Source: Blasia pusilla (taxonomy: Eukaryota). From it: 64,000 nt of DNA. The translations under genes and the position numbers were made by a program. Below the pieces are notes generated by a model. That model saw only the letters and a program-made list of their open reading frames with translations. It was not told the DNA's origin and did not search any database. Position 1 is the first letter of the stretch. Each line of letters begins with the position of its first letter. This document shows, piece after piece, positions 43,262-57,485 of the stretch. Where the stretch lies: assembly GCA_050084515.1 (NCBI GenBank), contig CM114271.1:45074001-45138000 (forward strand), given 5' to 3'.

Positions 43262-46100
43262 TCAAAGATAACTTAACTCCTTGATTCTTGCTGCGGCTTG
43301 GCCTGCAAACCTTTGGTATGCGGCTCGACACACCAAATTAGAACGTGTTGGATCAGCAATTACCACATCACCTAGTGTACAAAATCCACCTCGAGACATA
43401 ACAAGATCCACTCTCCGACGAGAGGTTGCTTGTGTGGTTGAAGGTAGTACATGGAGTTGCTCTTGCCCAACAAAGTGTATCTGTGATTGAGCCACCGATC
43501 TACCGCCTCTCTAATGACATCATGTGTGGCCGTTCGTTTCTCCACCATGTGCACATCGGAGAATATGGATACCCTTGGCATCAATGGGATCCCCCCCATA
43601 CACAGTCGGCACACCTAAGAGAGAAGGATGAGGAAGTCTAAGGCGTAACGCAAAGTATCGAGAATATACTTGAGGAAGACGAAATGGAAGAATAAGAGGA
43701 TTTGCAATAAGCCACACCCCCGCTCCGGTACCCGCACATGAACGTAGACAAGCTCGATTAGCGTCGGAGGATGCCTCGGAGAGAATGTTGGAAAAGTTGA
43801 TTTGATGCAGATTCTGGGAGATATGCTCTTGAAGTCGATCGAGCCCTTGCGTAATCAATTGATTGAAAGGAGGTAGAATTGCTTGTGTAGCAAGAGGAAG
43901 AAGAGCTTGTATAGATCTCAATTGTTGTTAAAATAACAAGTCCTCCTCCTCTACATAAGCGATATGATCCATTAAGATAGGTGTATCTTCTTGGAGAAAC
44001 CTTGAAGCCATAATCGATGCTACCAATGCCTAACTCCCTAAAAAGGCTGCATGGGAGCATATGGGATTTGTGGAGGACAGTCCCACCCTCAAAAGAAGTA
44101 GGCAAGATAGCTTGTCGTGGAGAAAAGAAACCATCCTCTCCTTCAAAGGTATTCGGGCCAAGAAGTTGACCAAAAGTTACCATGATAGAAGCGTCAAAAT
44201 AGGCCAACCGATGTAAGAATCTTGAAGTGGAAGGACAAGTGCAAAGAAGTTAGGAAGGACGTCATAGAAAACATTGGAAGAGAATCCCATAAGCCATTTG
44301 GGGATCCCCAAGAAGAGGTAACAAATGAAGCCATTCCACGTCTTTCAAAAGGGCCTCATCCAAGAACTTTGAGACATAGTCGATGAAGCCATTGGGACCC
44401 CAAGAACTCTAAACCCTTCAATGTAGATGGGAAAATCAGGAGTAGGTGGGGTGAATGTTGAGGGAAGGCATGAAGGCGACCATACTCCACATTTACTAGG
44501 TTGGACTTTAAGGTTCAAGAAAGAGAGTTGCTCCACGAAATGGGTATAAGCAGGAACCACTTCAAAAGGAGGACCTATAATGTGAGTGTCATCAGCAATA
44601 GATGGGAAAAGGCAATATGGAAATGCTTTGATGCTGGAGTGCGAAAATGGGCAATGGCAAAAAGTGGGCCCCATGGGATCACCTTGACGTGTGCCACAAG
44701 CTGATTGTAGAATACTATATTCCCGAAATAGCATGATGGGATTCGATAATGGGCATATCATAGGCATAGAAGGAGCGAACAAATGGAATGAGGCTTTGAG
44801 TTGTCCTCCTGGCGTAACTCCTCAAAGATGGCGCACGAGAAACTAAATTGAATCGTTAGCCACATCGACTTGAATTGCTACCCAATCTTGATGAATATCA
44901 AAGTGGAGCGAATCCCATGCACCATAGCCTCACAACCTCTAGGAGTTGCCACTCCAAATTGATGAGGAAATAAGTGGGCACTAAAGTGAGGACGAAATTG
45001 CAAGCATAGGGATCGTGACCAAAGCAAAGATATAAAACCTCTCCAATAGCCAAAGGGCACACACTGAATGAGGCTTATCCATAGCCAACAAACAACAAGC
45101 CCCTAAGAGCCTAGAGATAGAGAATGGGAGACGACCGCCGCCATATGTGCACACCTTACATAGAGAGACAAAGCCACTTGCTGAATCTTTTGGGATAAAG
45201 CAATCGCGGAGATGCTCAAAAACCATCCACGATAGCCCGCTTGCTAATAAGCGAGGAGTATGCAGAAAAGCCCTCGTGAAAACCTCCAAGTCAAGCTCCA
45301 AGTCAAGGTCCGTTGTATAGTCTTCCACAAAAGTTGGAGCATCGCCACTTGAAGGAGGATGAAGAGCTTCTAAGAGAGCCAATGTTTCGCACTTGGAACC
45401 TCCGGAGAAAAGAGGACCCAATGCTCATTTTGACGTAAAACTCACCAACTGCCCCAAAATTAGACTTCGTCAAATGCGTTGTTGTATTGAAGGCCTCCAT
45501 GATTGCAGGCATGTTGAGTGGGATGAGCCGCATCTAAGGCCTCTGCTCGAAGTACATGCTCATTCTGAAGATTCTCCCAATCCCCAGACATAAAGCGTTG
45601 AATACGTGTGGAGGTTTCATGATGACCCGTTGCACCACCCCTTGGAGGGGGGACTAAAACCCATTGTGGGAAGAGTAATAGGAGATACCAAGCATTTATA
45701 TCTGTGGGGTCACGCGCTAACCTTTCTAATGGGAAAAGAAAAGCTTGTTGGGTGATGGGGCGAAGAGCAATAGGAATGCGAGTGTAGAGTCTAGGACGAG
45801 GAAGACCTGGATGGAAAGAGCGAAGGAGATCAATTTGGCTTAACCAAGTCCAAGTAGTTGTTGTGGGGAGTGCAGTAGGAGGTGGTATTGGGTTAGGGAT
45901 TGAAGGCCCATGCATGGATCGACAGTACCGCTGATGTCTTTTGATTCCATTAGGAGCAAACTCCTTACCACAAGGTATGCAACGAACCTTTGGTACAAAT
46001 GGAGAAGTAGAAGAATAACAAGGAGAGGAGGTGGGAGGTGCAAGAGGTGGTGATGGCCGACGATGAGGGGGTAAGTAGGTTGGGAAGGAGGAGGAGGAAG
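43262..46100 (-). mobile_element. Non-LTR retrotransposon with RT and restriction-like endonuclease (CRE-like clade), degenerate
   Basis: N-terminal CIPCGKEF..IKRHQRYC finger. RT: PHQFGVATPRGCEAMVH, RQGDPMGP, SIADDTHIIG. C-terminal C..HILRC..THDVIR finger and RRVDLV..GDVVIADP..K (PD-(D/E)xK). Confidence 0.85.
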
Positions 46101-46499
46101 AGGGAGATTCGGGTAGAATAGATGGGAGTTGGAAGCAAGGGCATAGATGAGATATGTGGGGATGGCAAAGTAGAAGGATTCGGTAATAATGGATCAAGAT
46201 TAGGCTGAATAGGACAAGGCAAAGAAGGGAGAAGAGGAGAACCGGAAGAAAATTAGCGAGTGTAATGGGTGTATTAGCATCGGAGGAAAATGGCGAGATC
46301 TCACGATGAGGAGGTGAACCAGGGGAGAGGTTACGGGCCAGTAGGGGCGTGTAAAACCGGATAAGCGAGTAGATGGAGAATCCAAATCCATCTCGATGAC
46401 ATAGAAGTAAAGGTAGGCAAGTCTTGAAGACAAGAAAAGACATATGAAACGTGGTTTGGAGAAAGCATGAGGATAACGAGCAAAGCAAAAGTAGTGAAA

Positions 46500-47300
46500 T
46501 CCGTCCAAAAGAAATGTAAGTGTTGATAAAGCCTCTGTCACCCCCTGAGTAATGTTGATAAACCAGCGCAAGCGAGTGTAAGCCTCACGCAAACTCTCAC
46601 CTGGGCGCCTCTAGAAGTCGTGGATGCTCTGCAACTTCTCCGTCCGTACCCCCTGGTAGCTCGCCCTCAACTCAGCAAAGAACTCAACCACAGGGTTGAA
46701 CTTGGGACGAACCCGACTAGACGGTGCAACTGCTCCCATGCGAGTGATCCCTCCTAAAACGTCACTAGTGGAAGAGGAAGTAGCCTCTCCTGAATCCTCC
46801 TCCTCATCTGGGAACAACTCCGTCCATAACACATAATGTGGGTCATAGTAGAGCCTCCACGCCTCAATCTCACATGCATATCTCTGAGAGAACTCATGGT
46901 AATCGTCCATGGGTGCCCCTTCTAAATGTTGGAACATACCGTTCCATGCTATAAATGGGTTGAGTTCTCTAGAGTTCCTGGCCCATTGAGAGTCGCACCA
47001 ACTCCTAAAATCTACTATGAAATCGTGTAACTCAATCGTGCCTACTGCACCTGAAAACCTACACGGTCCTCTACCCCGGTTGTCCATCTCGTACGCCCAC
47101 CTAGTAGGACCACTCACAATGTGTGGCGATGTGCTCACAAACTCCTCTACACCCTCCCCCTCGTCTGACGATCACACAGAAGGAGGTCGAGGTGGTCCCT
47201 CACGTGGAGACCCTCAGAACCTCGCGCCACTCTGCGTAAAACCTCTAGAGCTACTCTCGAGTTCACCACCTGCCTCTCAAAGTCCCGAATGGACGCCATA
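46500..47300 (-). pseudogene. Ty3/gypsy gag-like fragment
   Basis: RFSGAVGTIELHDFIVDFRSWCD..FFAELRASYQGVRTEKLQSIHDF*RRPGESLREAYTRLR resembles a retrotransposon gag capsid. Confidence 0.55.
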
Positions 47301-48879
47301 ATGACCCTCGTGCTCCTCTCACTCGATCACTCTCGCGTCGCGAGAAATCCCTCAATCACTCATCCCAAACATGCGGCACTCGATCTACACTCTCCCTCCT
47401 CGAGATGTGTAACGTGCAGCAGCAAGCGGCGTGGTGAGGCAAATCGACCAGGCTATCATCTCATCGACAACCTACCCTCAACTTCGGACATCCCACATAG
47501 GTCTTTGTCCCCTAAACGACAAACATAAATGATGCTCTTAGCATCCACACACCTAATATCCCTAAATAAACTACCCAAATCCCGGAATCCCTCACGCGTG
47601 CAGGGTAAAGGACCAGAATGGATAACTTGAACACCTGTTAATGTCGCTCCTCAGCAACAAAAAATCTCAACCCCAACTCAGTCGTGGAGACAGCTCCTCC
47701 AATCAGCAAGTCATCCTCCTCCCATACTGACGTTGCTCAAAACTCCTCGATAGAGAGTGCGGTTCCAACGGAACAGTGCGGCGTTGCAAGCGGCACGGAA
47801 CGGCTATAAACGGCACGGCCCTCGATGGTGGGATGCGCCACTTGGCGACATACCCTCCTCAATAAAAAATAAACATACACTTTTCTTCACAATGATGGAG
47901 CGGCTCCGTGATTGAGACGGTGCGGTGCGGCCACGAGCGGCACGACGCGGCAATTGGCGGCGCGTTGCGGATACATGCGTCACGACATGGTACTCGATCT
48001 TCGTCGAGCGGCTACCAATCACAATATAGCAACATGAAATCAAAAATCAAACACCATAACCAGAGGTCATCTTCCATCACTAGTTGATGACGAAACTGCG
48101 ATGACGGTGGCGGCCAAAACAAAGTACGTGGTGGCGACGCAAGTCAGAGAATCAACGAACGTCGTGGAAGACCCTCCACTCTGTAACCGCGGAAATGGCA
48201 ACCAAAGGGCGGAAAATGGACGGTGGACCATTGACGGTGATGGTTGACCGTTGATAGTGACGGCCGACCGGTGACGGTGACGGTTTTGCAAGACGGTGAT
48301 GGCAGTTTTGCAAGATTGAAAGTTTTGCAATGGCAGTTTTGCAAAATTGACCATAACTTTTTGCTCGCAACTCCAAATTGCGCACTGTTTGTTGCATAAC
48401 GTGCATGATCTACGACAATGTCAAAAAATATTTAGAATCAAACATTCTAGTAAAAAATTATGGGGACTGTCGTAAATCCCAATGTCTCTTTCTCCTACAT
48501 AAAATTTAGTAGCGCTTCCGCGCTGATTTCTCCCAACAAAAATGTAAAACCTGTAAAAATAAAAATCAGCAAGCTACATGGTGCTCTTGAGACTACCGGC
48601 ATGGGGAAACCTGCCCCCCTAATCAATCCCTATCAGAAATTGGGCAGCGCTTCCGCGCGCCACTCTTCCACATAAAAAATCGGCAAATGCAAAGAACAAT
48701 CAAAGCAGCCCTTACTCCGGTAAGCACGCCCATGAGCCGCTGAATGGGGAATATGGTCCGCAACCTGCCTAAATAGCAAGTGACAAGCAAGCTCCCCCAT
48801 GAAGCTCTCTCACTCTCTCATTCTCTCTTTGTAAAGTAAGATCCAATCTCTCTCTACACCATCTCACACCATAGCTCTC

Positions 48880-49330
48880 AAAGGTGTGCACTCTCTCTCA
48901 TGTCAAACCAAACCCACTGTCCTAATGAGAGGCTTGGGTTACACTCACAAGGCAAGGGACCATAACTCCGCCGCCTCATGCCAAGAGGTTCAACAAAGAG
49001 AGAATGAGCTCTCAAGCTCTCTCTCTTGGAGGTATACCCCCTTCCCTCCCCAAGCCCTCTCAACGGTAATCTATGCTCGCAGGTCACCTCCTTGGCTCTT
49101 TTCCTGTTGTAGCGGGTCAAGGGCCACTTCCCAAAGTGGAAAGTCAACCATCCCCAATATGGAAACTTTCCCAAAATAGTAAGTTTCTCTATATGGCTCC
49201 AAATGAGCCGAAACGAAGGGGAAACCTGCTCTCTCAAGTTTCCTAGGGCCTCAGCAGGTCATTATCGACCTCTTGGGCGTGTCCTCCACTAATTGTGAAG
49301 ATGCTCTGCTAGATCCCTCTGATCTATCCT
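48880..49330 (-). repeat. Inverted copy of the LTR-like unit of the PHD-gypsy family (a further inverted piece lies at ~51850-52036)
   Basis: Reverse complement of 22980-23330 and 59420-59590 (tgtcaaaccaaacccac, ccaagaggttcaacaaagagagaatgagct). Confidence 0.75.
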
Positions 49331-49337
49331 AACAGTC

Positions 49338-49460
<123 letters not shown>

Positions 49461-49584
49461 GATTGAAGTCTCGGCTCGGGCTCATTCATATTGCTTGGAG
49501 TGCATTGCTTGGTCGAGAAGTTTTTGATCATTTTTGTGGCGGACACCATTTGGATTGGCAGTATTTCATTTCACCGGTGAGCAC

Positions 49585-49625
49585 GCCTTATACACACCGC
49601 CCGTCACACTATGGGAGTTGGCCAT
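49585..49625 (+). other. 41-bp plastid-type 16S rRNA fragment (micro-NUPT)
   Basis: GCCTTATACACACCGCCCGTCACACTATGGGAGTTGGCCAT matches, from memory, the plastid 16S 3' region (GCCTTGTACACACCGCCCGTCACACTATGGGAGCTGGCCAT) with 2 transitions. Confidence 0.75.
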
Positions 49626-49883
49626 AGTTCCAGATTGGAGCTTCGGGATCATAGTGCGAGTTCTTAGATTCCAGATTGGAGCTTGGGGATCGTTGTGCAA
49701 GCTGTTTGGTTCCAAGTTGGAACTCAGGCATTTCCGCACGAGTTTTCTCCACTTGCTTGTAGATTTCGGATTGGGGTACGGGAATTTCCTTGCTCTCAGT
49801 TCGAGATTGGACTTGGAGTTCTGAGACCACTCTGATTTTGCTTTGCTTCTTGATGCCAGATTCTTGACACCTTCTGTGATAAT

Positions 49884-50250
49884 GGGGATGAAACATCTAG
49901 CCATTACTTGGTCTCCTGCGCAAAATTCACATCACATAGAGCAATAGCATATGATGATATTGCTAAGCTGGTAGCACGAGAATTTTTCAAGGTACCTTCT
50001 TCACTTGCTTCTCTCTCTATACCCATCCCAATCTCAAGCACCGTCCAACCAGGGTGCGGGGTCTATGGTCGCAAGGCTACGACAGTCACTACTTAATAGT
50101 ACAGTCTTTCTCTCTCTTATTCTGGTAGCACAAGAATTGTTCGACAAATTCAGTAGCCTTGATTCATTGCCCAAAGTTGCTGCATTGGTAAGTAATTTCT
50201 ATTGGGAATCCCAATCAGGTGAAGTAGATGGTGTGGTGAATAGTTTCTTG
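49884..50250 (+). mobile_element. Rearranged 3' fragments of the LINE family seen at 9.5-14.3 kb
   Basis: acccatcccaatctcaagcaccgtccaaccaggg..ggtcgcaaggctacgacag..actacttaat is nearly identical to 14200-14277. The segment equivalent to 13965-14090 follows it, out of order. Confidence 0.85.
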
Positions 50251-52409
50251 GATGACTGTTGCAGTCGAGGAGCGAAGCTCCCCGAGTAGTTCTCATGATG
50301 TTAATGTCCAATTATCTTGAAGAAAGGTCGCCATCGATCGCTCCTCGAGCGCTTCGACTAATTCCGGTGACAACTTGATCAGGGGCATGGCCGCACTTCG
50401 CAGGATGGGCGTAGAGTCATCACAAGGCATGGCCGTAAATCTATCCTAGTGTGCTCCGCACTTCGGTCTGCTACACAACTTTGTGGTGACTCTGTCCATG
50501 AAAATAACCGTCTGGATAATCAGGGGATGTTTATATAGTCAAGGCACTATGCCGTTTCTTGGTCGTGTCGGCGTGATTGTTACAATCCAGCCGCAGCAGT
50601 CAGGGTCGTCGCTTCGCGCTTTGCCGAAGCTCCCATACCTCTAATATAGTAGTTCTTGCTAATTTGGTTGAAGGTGGAATTTTTTTTAAATCAATTAAGA
50701 TTTAAGTGATATATAAATATATACTTATACTTATATTTATATTTTTGTTACATTCATTGATGCAATAATGCATGGGTTGGTTGTGGAAGAATCCAATGTG
50801 GGACTAATGGTACAGGCTTGAAACTTGCCTAATGCATGTTTTGGCATATTACCAAGATGACAAAAAACGTTGATGGATGGACACATGGGATTACATGATG
50901 AATCATGGTAAGATAGAGTTGATGGATGAACGGATAGGATTGATGGATAAAGTGTGGATGGAGATGGGGTTGACGGATAGAAACTGTTAAGTACAAAGGT
51001 TAGGTTGTAGCCGTCTAGGTTGGCTAGAGTAAGGTCACGACGCTCGAAGCTGAAGTTGGGGTTCGAGTTGTAGTAGCGCGAGGACCGCAGGGCAAAGGCT
51101 CTCCCGTGCATCGGGCAGTTGAAGGGTATAATAAAGGTCAGGCAAGGGAGCTTCGAGGTTGTGGGGAGCCCGCATAGCGCCGCGTGGCCTTAGATGCAGA
51201 GAAAAATGAAGAGAGAGGATGTCCGAGCAGTGCATAGGGGCATAGACCATGCCTGCCCCAAGCCGTGGGTGTGGGCTCATCCGCATAGGGATGCGCACCC
51301 CATGCGGAGTAGGGAGATGTGAAGTGGGAAAGCGTGAGGAAAGGAGAGCAAAGGGTTGGTCGAAGGCCGGAGGACGTGTGGACCCTAAGTGGAGGGTGGT
51401 GAGTTCGGAAGAAGAAGAAGATTTATGGCAGAAAGGCTAGAATGGGAGTCGTGCGGGCCTAAGGCCACAGTGCATAGGAAGTGCGAGTGAAGGTAGGGCC
51501 AGAGTGAGGGGTTGACGGAAAGTTGTCCGGCCGCATGCTAATCGAGCTGGGTCGGGACGGAGTACATAAGCGTTGGCCTAAAGTCAGCCGGTACCCAACG
51601 GAAGTAGTAAGGGGGAGCGGCAAGGTTAGGAGTGGCGTGGAGAGCGTAAGGGTTGACATGGTTAGCGCCAGACCTGGTAGATGGGCTACATGGTTGGGCA
51701 GCAGATGTGGTAAATTTGGGTTATGCAGTAGGAGAGAATTTTTGCGAGCATGGATGGCATTGGCAATGGGAGTTGGTCGACTTGCTAGTACGTTGGCGAT
51801 AGGGGCCGAGATTAGTGTGTCGTGCCCATACACATCCCTACACAACATACATCGCTGTCACCAAACACACACACACAAACACGCACGATCCCATGCTAAC
51901 TCATGGCATCCAAACAATGAGACAAGAAGTACTAAAATATCTCCAATCGTCCCTCTAGCTAGTGGTTAGGTCCCTCTAACTCCAGATACCCATCTATCCC
52001 TACCTACCACAACAAACATCTCTATGACGCTAAGAGATGTTCCAAGTCTTGAAGGACTTGCCATGTTTTGGAAACTAGGAAGTAAGGAAGGTTGAGCTTG
52101 ATGAGATGCCGAGTTGAGAACTCGGTGGGTTGGAACGCTGGTTGGACCAGACTCGACTAACGAGAGTGCGTGTTTGGGTGCAGATCGGCGATGAGATCGT
52201 GTCCTACTGAACGTACGCTTCCGCAACAATAAAGACTGACGTTCAAGGAGAGTAGGAGCACGACAACTGGTATCAGAGCTAATCCTTGGTGAGCGAGAAC
52301 TTGGGGTTGTGGGGATCAACCGGACGCTTGGGAAAACTCAAGGTAGCGGCTAGACTCAAACGCTCGAGGAGGGACGCAAGAAACAAGGAGGAGATCTGAG
52401 TGAGTTGGC

Positions 52410-55400
52410 TTGAAAATGGCGATCGAGGGAGAACAACCCAAGAAGCGCCGAATCAAGCGACGTGAATCAAGCGAGGAACCAATGCTGGACCGTGATGCTA
52501 TGGAGGAGACGGAGACTCCCGAAGAGCTGAACGCCAGAAGCGTGAGGACGTTCCAGAGGCGAATCCTTCCGCGGGGCCATCGGGCCCAAACCCAGGGGAA
52601 CCGACCGAGTCAAGGAAGACGTTGGACTTGTTGAAGTTGTTGGTAGAGCAGATGTCCCAGCAAAGCAAGCGGATTGCAGAGTTTGAGGCCATCCGAACTC
52701 TGGGTGCGGGCAAAAAGCTCTGCAAGACAAACCTGCCCATGCCATTCACTGGGGTGGGGCGCTCGCGAAAAGTGAAGGATTTCCTTACGGAATTGGAAAT
52801 GTACTTCAAGGCGCAGAGGGCAGCTGAGCAGGAAAAGTTGACGATCATGCGCTACAATGGTGGACAGCTCAACGAGAGGAATATTTGGCCGGCGAGTCAC
52901 CTCTAAGTTGGGAGGAGTTTAAGGTGTTGATTGGTGATCGATTCACTCCGGAGGAATGCGTGCGGATGCGGCAGAGTGGTTCCTTAAGCGCGTATGTGAG
53001 GGAGTTTAGTGCAAAATTGACTTCTCTTCCAAAGATGGATGAGCACGTGAAGAAGGCTATCTTCATTAGTGGACTCAAGCGGAGCGCTGAAAAGGCCCTT
53101 TACCGAATGCCGACGTTGCCAGATACCTGCGTGGATCTTCTGAAGCTAGCGGAGCGGATTGGGGACAATGAAGTCCAAACCCAGAAACCCTTTGAGCCAA
53201 AAGGTTTTTTGAAGAAGTCAAAAAATAAGGAAACGTTCAAAAGAGTTTGGAGTGGGGGCCTGCACGATCTAGGAGAGTCGTCTGCCCTGGCAGCAAAACA
53301 AGTGGAACTTCATGCGAAGCCGAGAGGAGGACAGCACTCAAAGTCAGGGAACGGCTAGGTCATATGCTACAACTGTGGCAAACCGGGGCACCTGGAAAAA
53401 GTGTGTTCAAAACCGAAGGTTAGTAATGGGAGTATGATTGCGTTTGCTACTAAGCATCTATTGGCGGTGATCTCGAGACATCCCTTTAGGTCACCAAGAG
53501 GACGCACATTTTGGTGTACCTAAGATCCAAGATTGTTGATCGCGAGGTGTTGTTGCTCGTGGATACAGGTGCTTTGCACTCCTTCCTAAGCCCGAGAATC
53601 GTGAAGGAACTGGGGTTGTCTACCTCTAAGGCGGATGAGCCCATTCGAGTAGGATTTGCAGGAGACAAGTCTCATTAGACTTTTGAGTTGGTCTTGGGGT
53701 TGACCGTAGGATGCGGGGTATTCGAGTTGAAGGAGAATTTCACTGTGTGCGAAATGGATGGCATTGAGGGAGTCTTGGGGAATACATTCCTAGATGCGTA
53801 TGAGATGGAGTTAAGACGTAGACCCTTGAGGTTGAGCATCTTGCTAAAAGGCAAACGGTTGCAGGTGCGGTTGGTCCGTGAGGTTCAGGCGAAAAAGGAG
53901 TTAGTGAACTCAATTACAAGGAGAAGCATGACCGAGTTGGAGAATGGGTTTCTCTGGTTGTTGAGACAAGTGGAGGAGGCTAGAAGCAGAATACGCAGAG
54001 ATCAGGACACTGCTTCAATGGGAATCCTAGAACCACTCCAAGAGGTGGTCAAGGAGTTTGAGGATGTCTTGTTAAATGAGCTTCCGATTGAGTTGCCGCC
54101 ACATAGAGTTGTCGACCATAAGATAGAGATCATACCTGGTTCCCAACCACCTTCAAAAGCACCATATAGGTTGAATCACGAGGAACTTCTTGAGTTGAAA
54201 AGGCAGTTAAGTGAGCTCTTGGAAAAGGGTTACATTAGGACTAGCAAGTCACCTTATGGAGCACCAGTTCTTTTTGTGAAGAAGAAGGTTGGAAAGATGA
54301 GGCTATGTGTTGATTACCGTGCGCTGAATAAAGTGACAGTTTAGAACAATTATCCTCTTCCAAGGATAGATGATCCCTTCGATAGGCTAGCACACGCGAG
54401 ATATTTCAGTAGGATTGACTTGAAGTTAGGATATTACCAGATCCGGATTGTCGAGGCAGATGTGGAGAAGATTGCGTGTAGGACAAGATACGGTTCCTTT
54501 GAGTTTGTAGTGATGCCTTTCCGACTGTGTAATGCGCCTCCGACGTTCACCACATTGATGAACTCCATTTTTCACAAGGAAATGGATGAGTATGTTATTA
54601 TCTATATTTGATGACATACTTATCTATTCGAAGTCCCTAGAGGAGCACGTTTGACATGTGAGAGCGGTTTTGTCAAAGCTAAGGGTGAATCAGCTGTATG
54701 CAGATTCACCCTTAGCTTTGACAGAGAAGAGTTAATTCGGGTTGAGCAAGATCAAATTCTTGGGTCACGTGGTTAGCGCAGATGGCGTCAGTCCGGAAAT
54801 GGAGAAGGTGAAAGCGATTATCGAGTGGGAACCCCCATCCACCGTAAAGGGGATGAGGAAGTTCATAGGTGCGGTGCAGTTCTATCACACTTATGTGAAA
54901 AAAATTTCGGGAATTGTGAGACCTCTCACGGATTGGACAGCAAAGTTTGCCAACACGACTTGGACCCAGGAAGTTAATGAGACATTCAGCCGAGTGAAGC
55001 AGATTCTATTGCAGGAACCAGTATTGAAGCTGCCGAAGTTTGACAAACCTTTCGAAGTGCATACCGATGCTAGTGATTTCGCGGTTGCAGGAATGTTGGT
55101 GCAAGAAGGGAGACCTGTAGCATACGAGAGCAACAAGCTTAGCGATATTGAAAGGAGATGGCCCACTCACGAGAAAGAGTTGTTCGCGGTGGTCCATTGC
55201 TTGAGGAGGTGGCGGCATTATTTAGGGCTCCACAAGACTCGAGTATTCACCGAAAATATATCACTCAAGTATTTTGAGACCCAGGATCGAGTGACACCGA
55301 AACAACTGCGATGGCATGATACCTTGGCGCTGATGGATGTTGAGTTGATTCACAAGCCAGGTAAAGATAATGTGATTCTAGATGCGTTGAGTCGCAAGGA

Positions 55401-56821
55401 GGAACACATGCCATCGACGACAAAGGTCTTGAGAGCAATGTTCCCTAAAGAAATAGACGTGGAAAGAAGGATTCGTGAAGGATATATGAAGGACGCTCAC
55501 GCAGGGGAGTACCTGAGGAAGTTGAAGCAGGGTGAGAAGGTGGCCAACATAAGTTTGAGGCACGGTTTACTAAGGTTCAAGCAGAGTAGGATCTATGTGG
55601 GGCAAGGGAGGATGCGAACCAAAGTGTTAGCGGAGTGTCACAACGGACCCTTGGCAGGACATAAAGGAGAGAAATCTACGCTGGCTGTTCTATCGAAGCG
55701 GTTTTTTTGGCCCAACATGAAAGAGGATGTTGCTCAATATGTGAAGACCAGTGTGACCTGCCAAGCGAACAGAGTTTCTTATGATAAGAAACAAGGCTTG
55801 CTGCATCCCTTGCCGATCCCAAAAGGACCCTTGCAAAGTGTGAGTATGGATTTGATCACGAGTCTTCCGGAATGTGAGGGATACAACGCTATACTTGTGA
55901 TTGTTGATCGGTTTAGCAAGTTGGCGAGATTCGTGCCGACAGTGGATTCCGCAACGGCTTATACGACGTCGTAACTATTTCTGGATAATTGGTGGCATGC
56001 TCACGGTTTGCCGAGGAGCATTGTTTCAGATTGGGATCCAAAATTTACCAGTGCTTTCTGGAAGCACTTGTTCATGAGGTTTCAGACCAAGCTGAGTTTC
56101 AGTATGGCTTTCCACCCACAGACGGATGGACAGATTGAAAAGGTAAACTCAATCGTGAATCAATACTTAAGGAATTATGTCAGTGCTGATCAACGAGATT
56201 GGGTCAAGTGGCTGAGCATGGCGGAGTACTGCTACAACTCGACCAAGCATTTTGCAACTGGAGAATCTCCGTTTCTCCTAGTGAATGGACAAGAGCGAGA
56301 AGGGCCTCTTGACCTAGCCCTTTCGAAGGGTACTACATTGGTACGAACACGACAAGCGACGGAAAAAGGTTTGTTGGTAGAAATGCGAGAACGGGAAGAG
56401 CGAGCAAGGCGAAGTCTTGCAAAGGCTCAAATGCGGTACGTTAAGCATGCTAACAAGAGTCGGCGCCAAGTACAATTCCAAGTTGGAGAGCAAGTGTGGT
56501 TGAGTGTGAAGAATTTCACTCTTCCGAAAGAGTTGTCTACAAAGCTGTATGCCAAGTAATGGACGTTTCGAGCGGAGATAGGTGGTGAGACCGCACCCGG
56601 TGATCATAAATGAAGAGCCGGAGTTTGAGGTGGAGACCATCTTACGTTCGAGGCGTCGGGCCAACAAGTACAAATACTTGGTTAAATGGAAGGGCTACCA
56701 TGTGAAGGAGGCGACTTGGATTGCGAAGGCGGATTTGGAACACGCGCAAGAGTTGTTGCGAGACTTCAAGCAAACACAAGCAAAGCACATATGTTTGTAC
56801 GAGGAGAAGCTAGAGACATGA
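52410..56821 (+). pseudogene. gag-pol: gag, zinc knuckle, protease, RT, RNase H, integrase, chromodomain (disrupted)
   Basis: [114 protein letters not shown]. Confidence 0.92.
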
Positions 56822-57485
56822 CTGTACCCATTGGAATCTTGGGCCGAAGGCGGTTGTAACTAGAATATGCTAGTGTTGCAATAAAGGAGTGTATGGATTT
56901 GGAGATTTGATGCCAGAATTGATTGCAATTTGTATGTGGTAGTGCATGGCTATGAGTCGTTCATCATAGGCTTAGGATGTAAGTCAAGAGGACAGACAAG
57001 GAGTATTTGAGGTGAGAGCTCGTATGTGGATAAGCACCTAGAACAGGAGTTTGTGTTGGATTACACTCGAGCTCGCCCTAGTGTCGGCGGGGCAGATGAA
57101 TTTGTCTTGGGGCTTGGGGTGATCTTACTTGTGGCTACATAAGTAAACTTAGTGACGCGCCTAAGTCGAATGCGAGAGCGACCCAATAATAGTACGATTT
57201 TTAGACCATGTAAACAGGTGTGATGTTTACAAGAATGAGCCAGAAGAGTCTAAGGTTGCACACTTAGTTAGCTTAATTGATAGGTTAGTTCTTTGGAACG
57301 AGTCCAGGCTTATCAAAGAGGAGAGGCTAATAATTCTAAGTGGTGCAAAGCGACAACTGTAGACTAAGAGGAATTGCAGGTTAGCCACCAGAACGCAATT
57401 CAATGTCAAGGGGTAGCATGCCCAGGAGACTTGACATAACAAAGGTTTGCGTTGATGAGGGCATCAACCTTTAAAGAGGGGTGAG

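Noticed and set aside
49585-49625. rRNA gene
   Set aside because: Only 41 bp match and the flanks are not rRNA.
50611-50652. Hairpin gcttcg..cgaagc followed by CTAA, resembling a Helitron 3' end
   Set aside because: No matching 5' end or linked Rep/helicase was found, so it is too weak to call.
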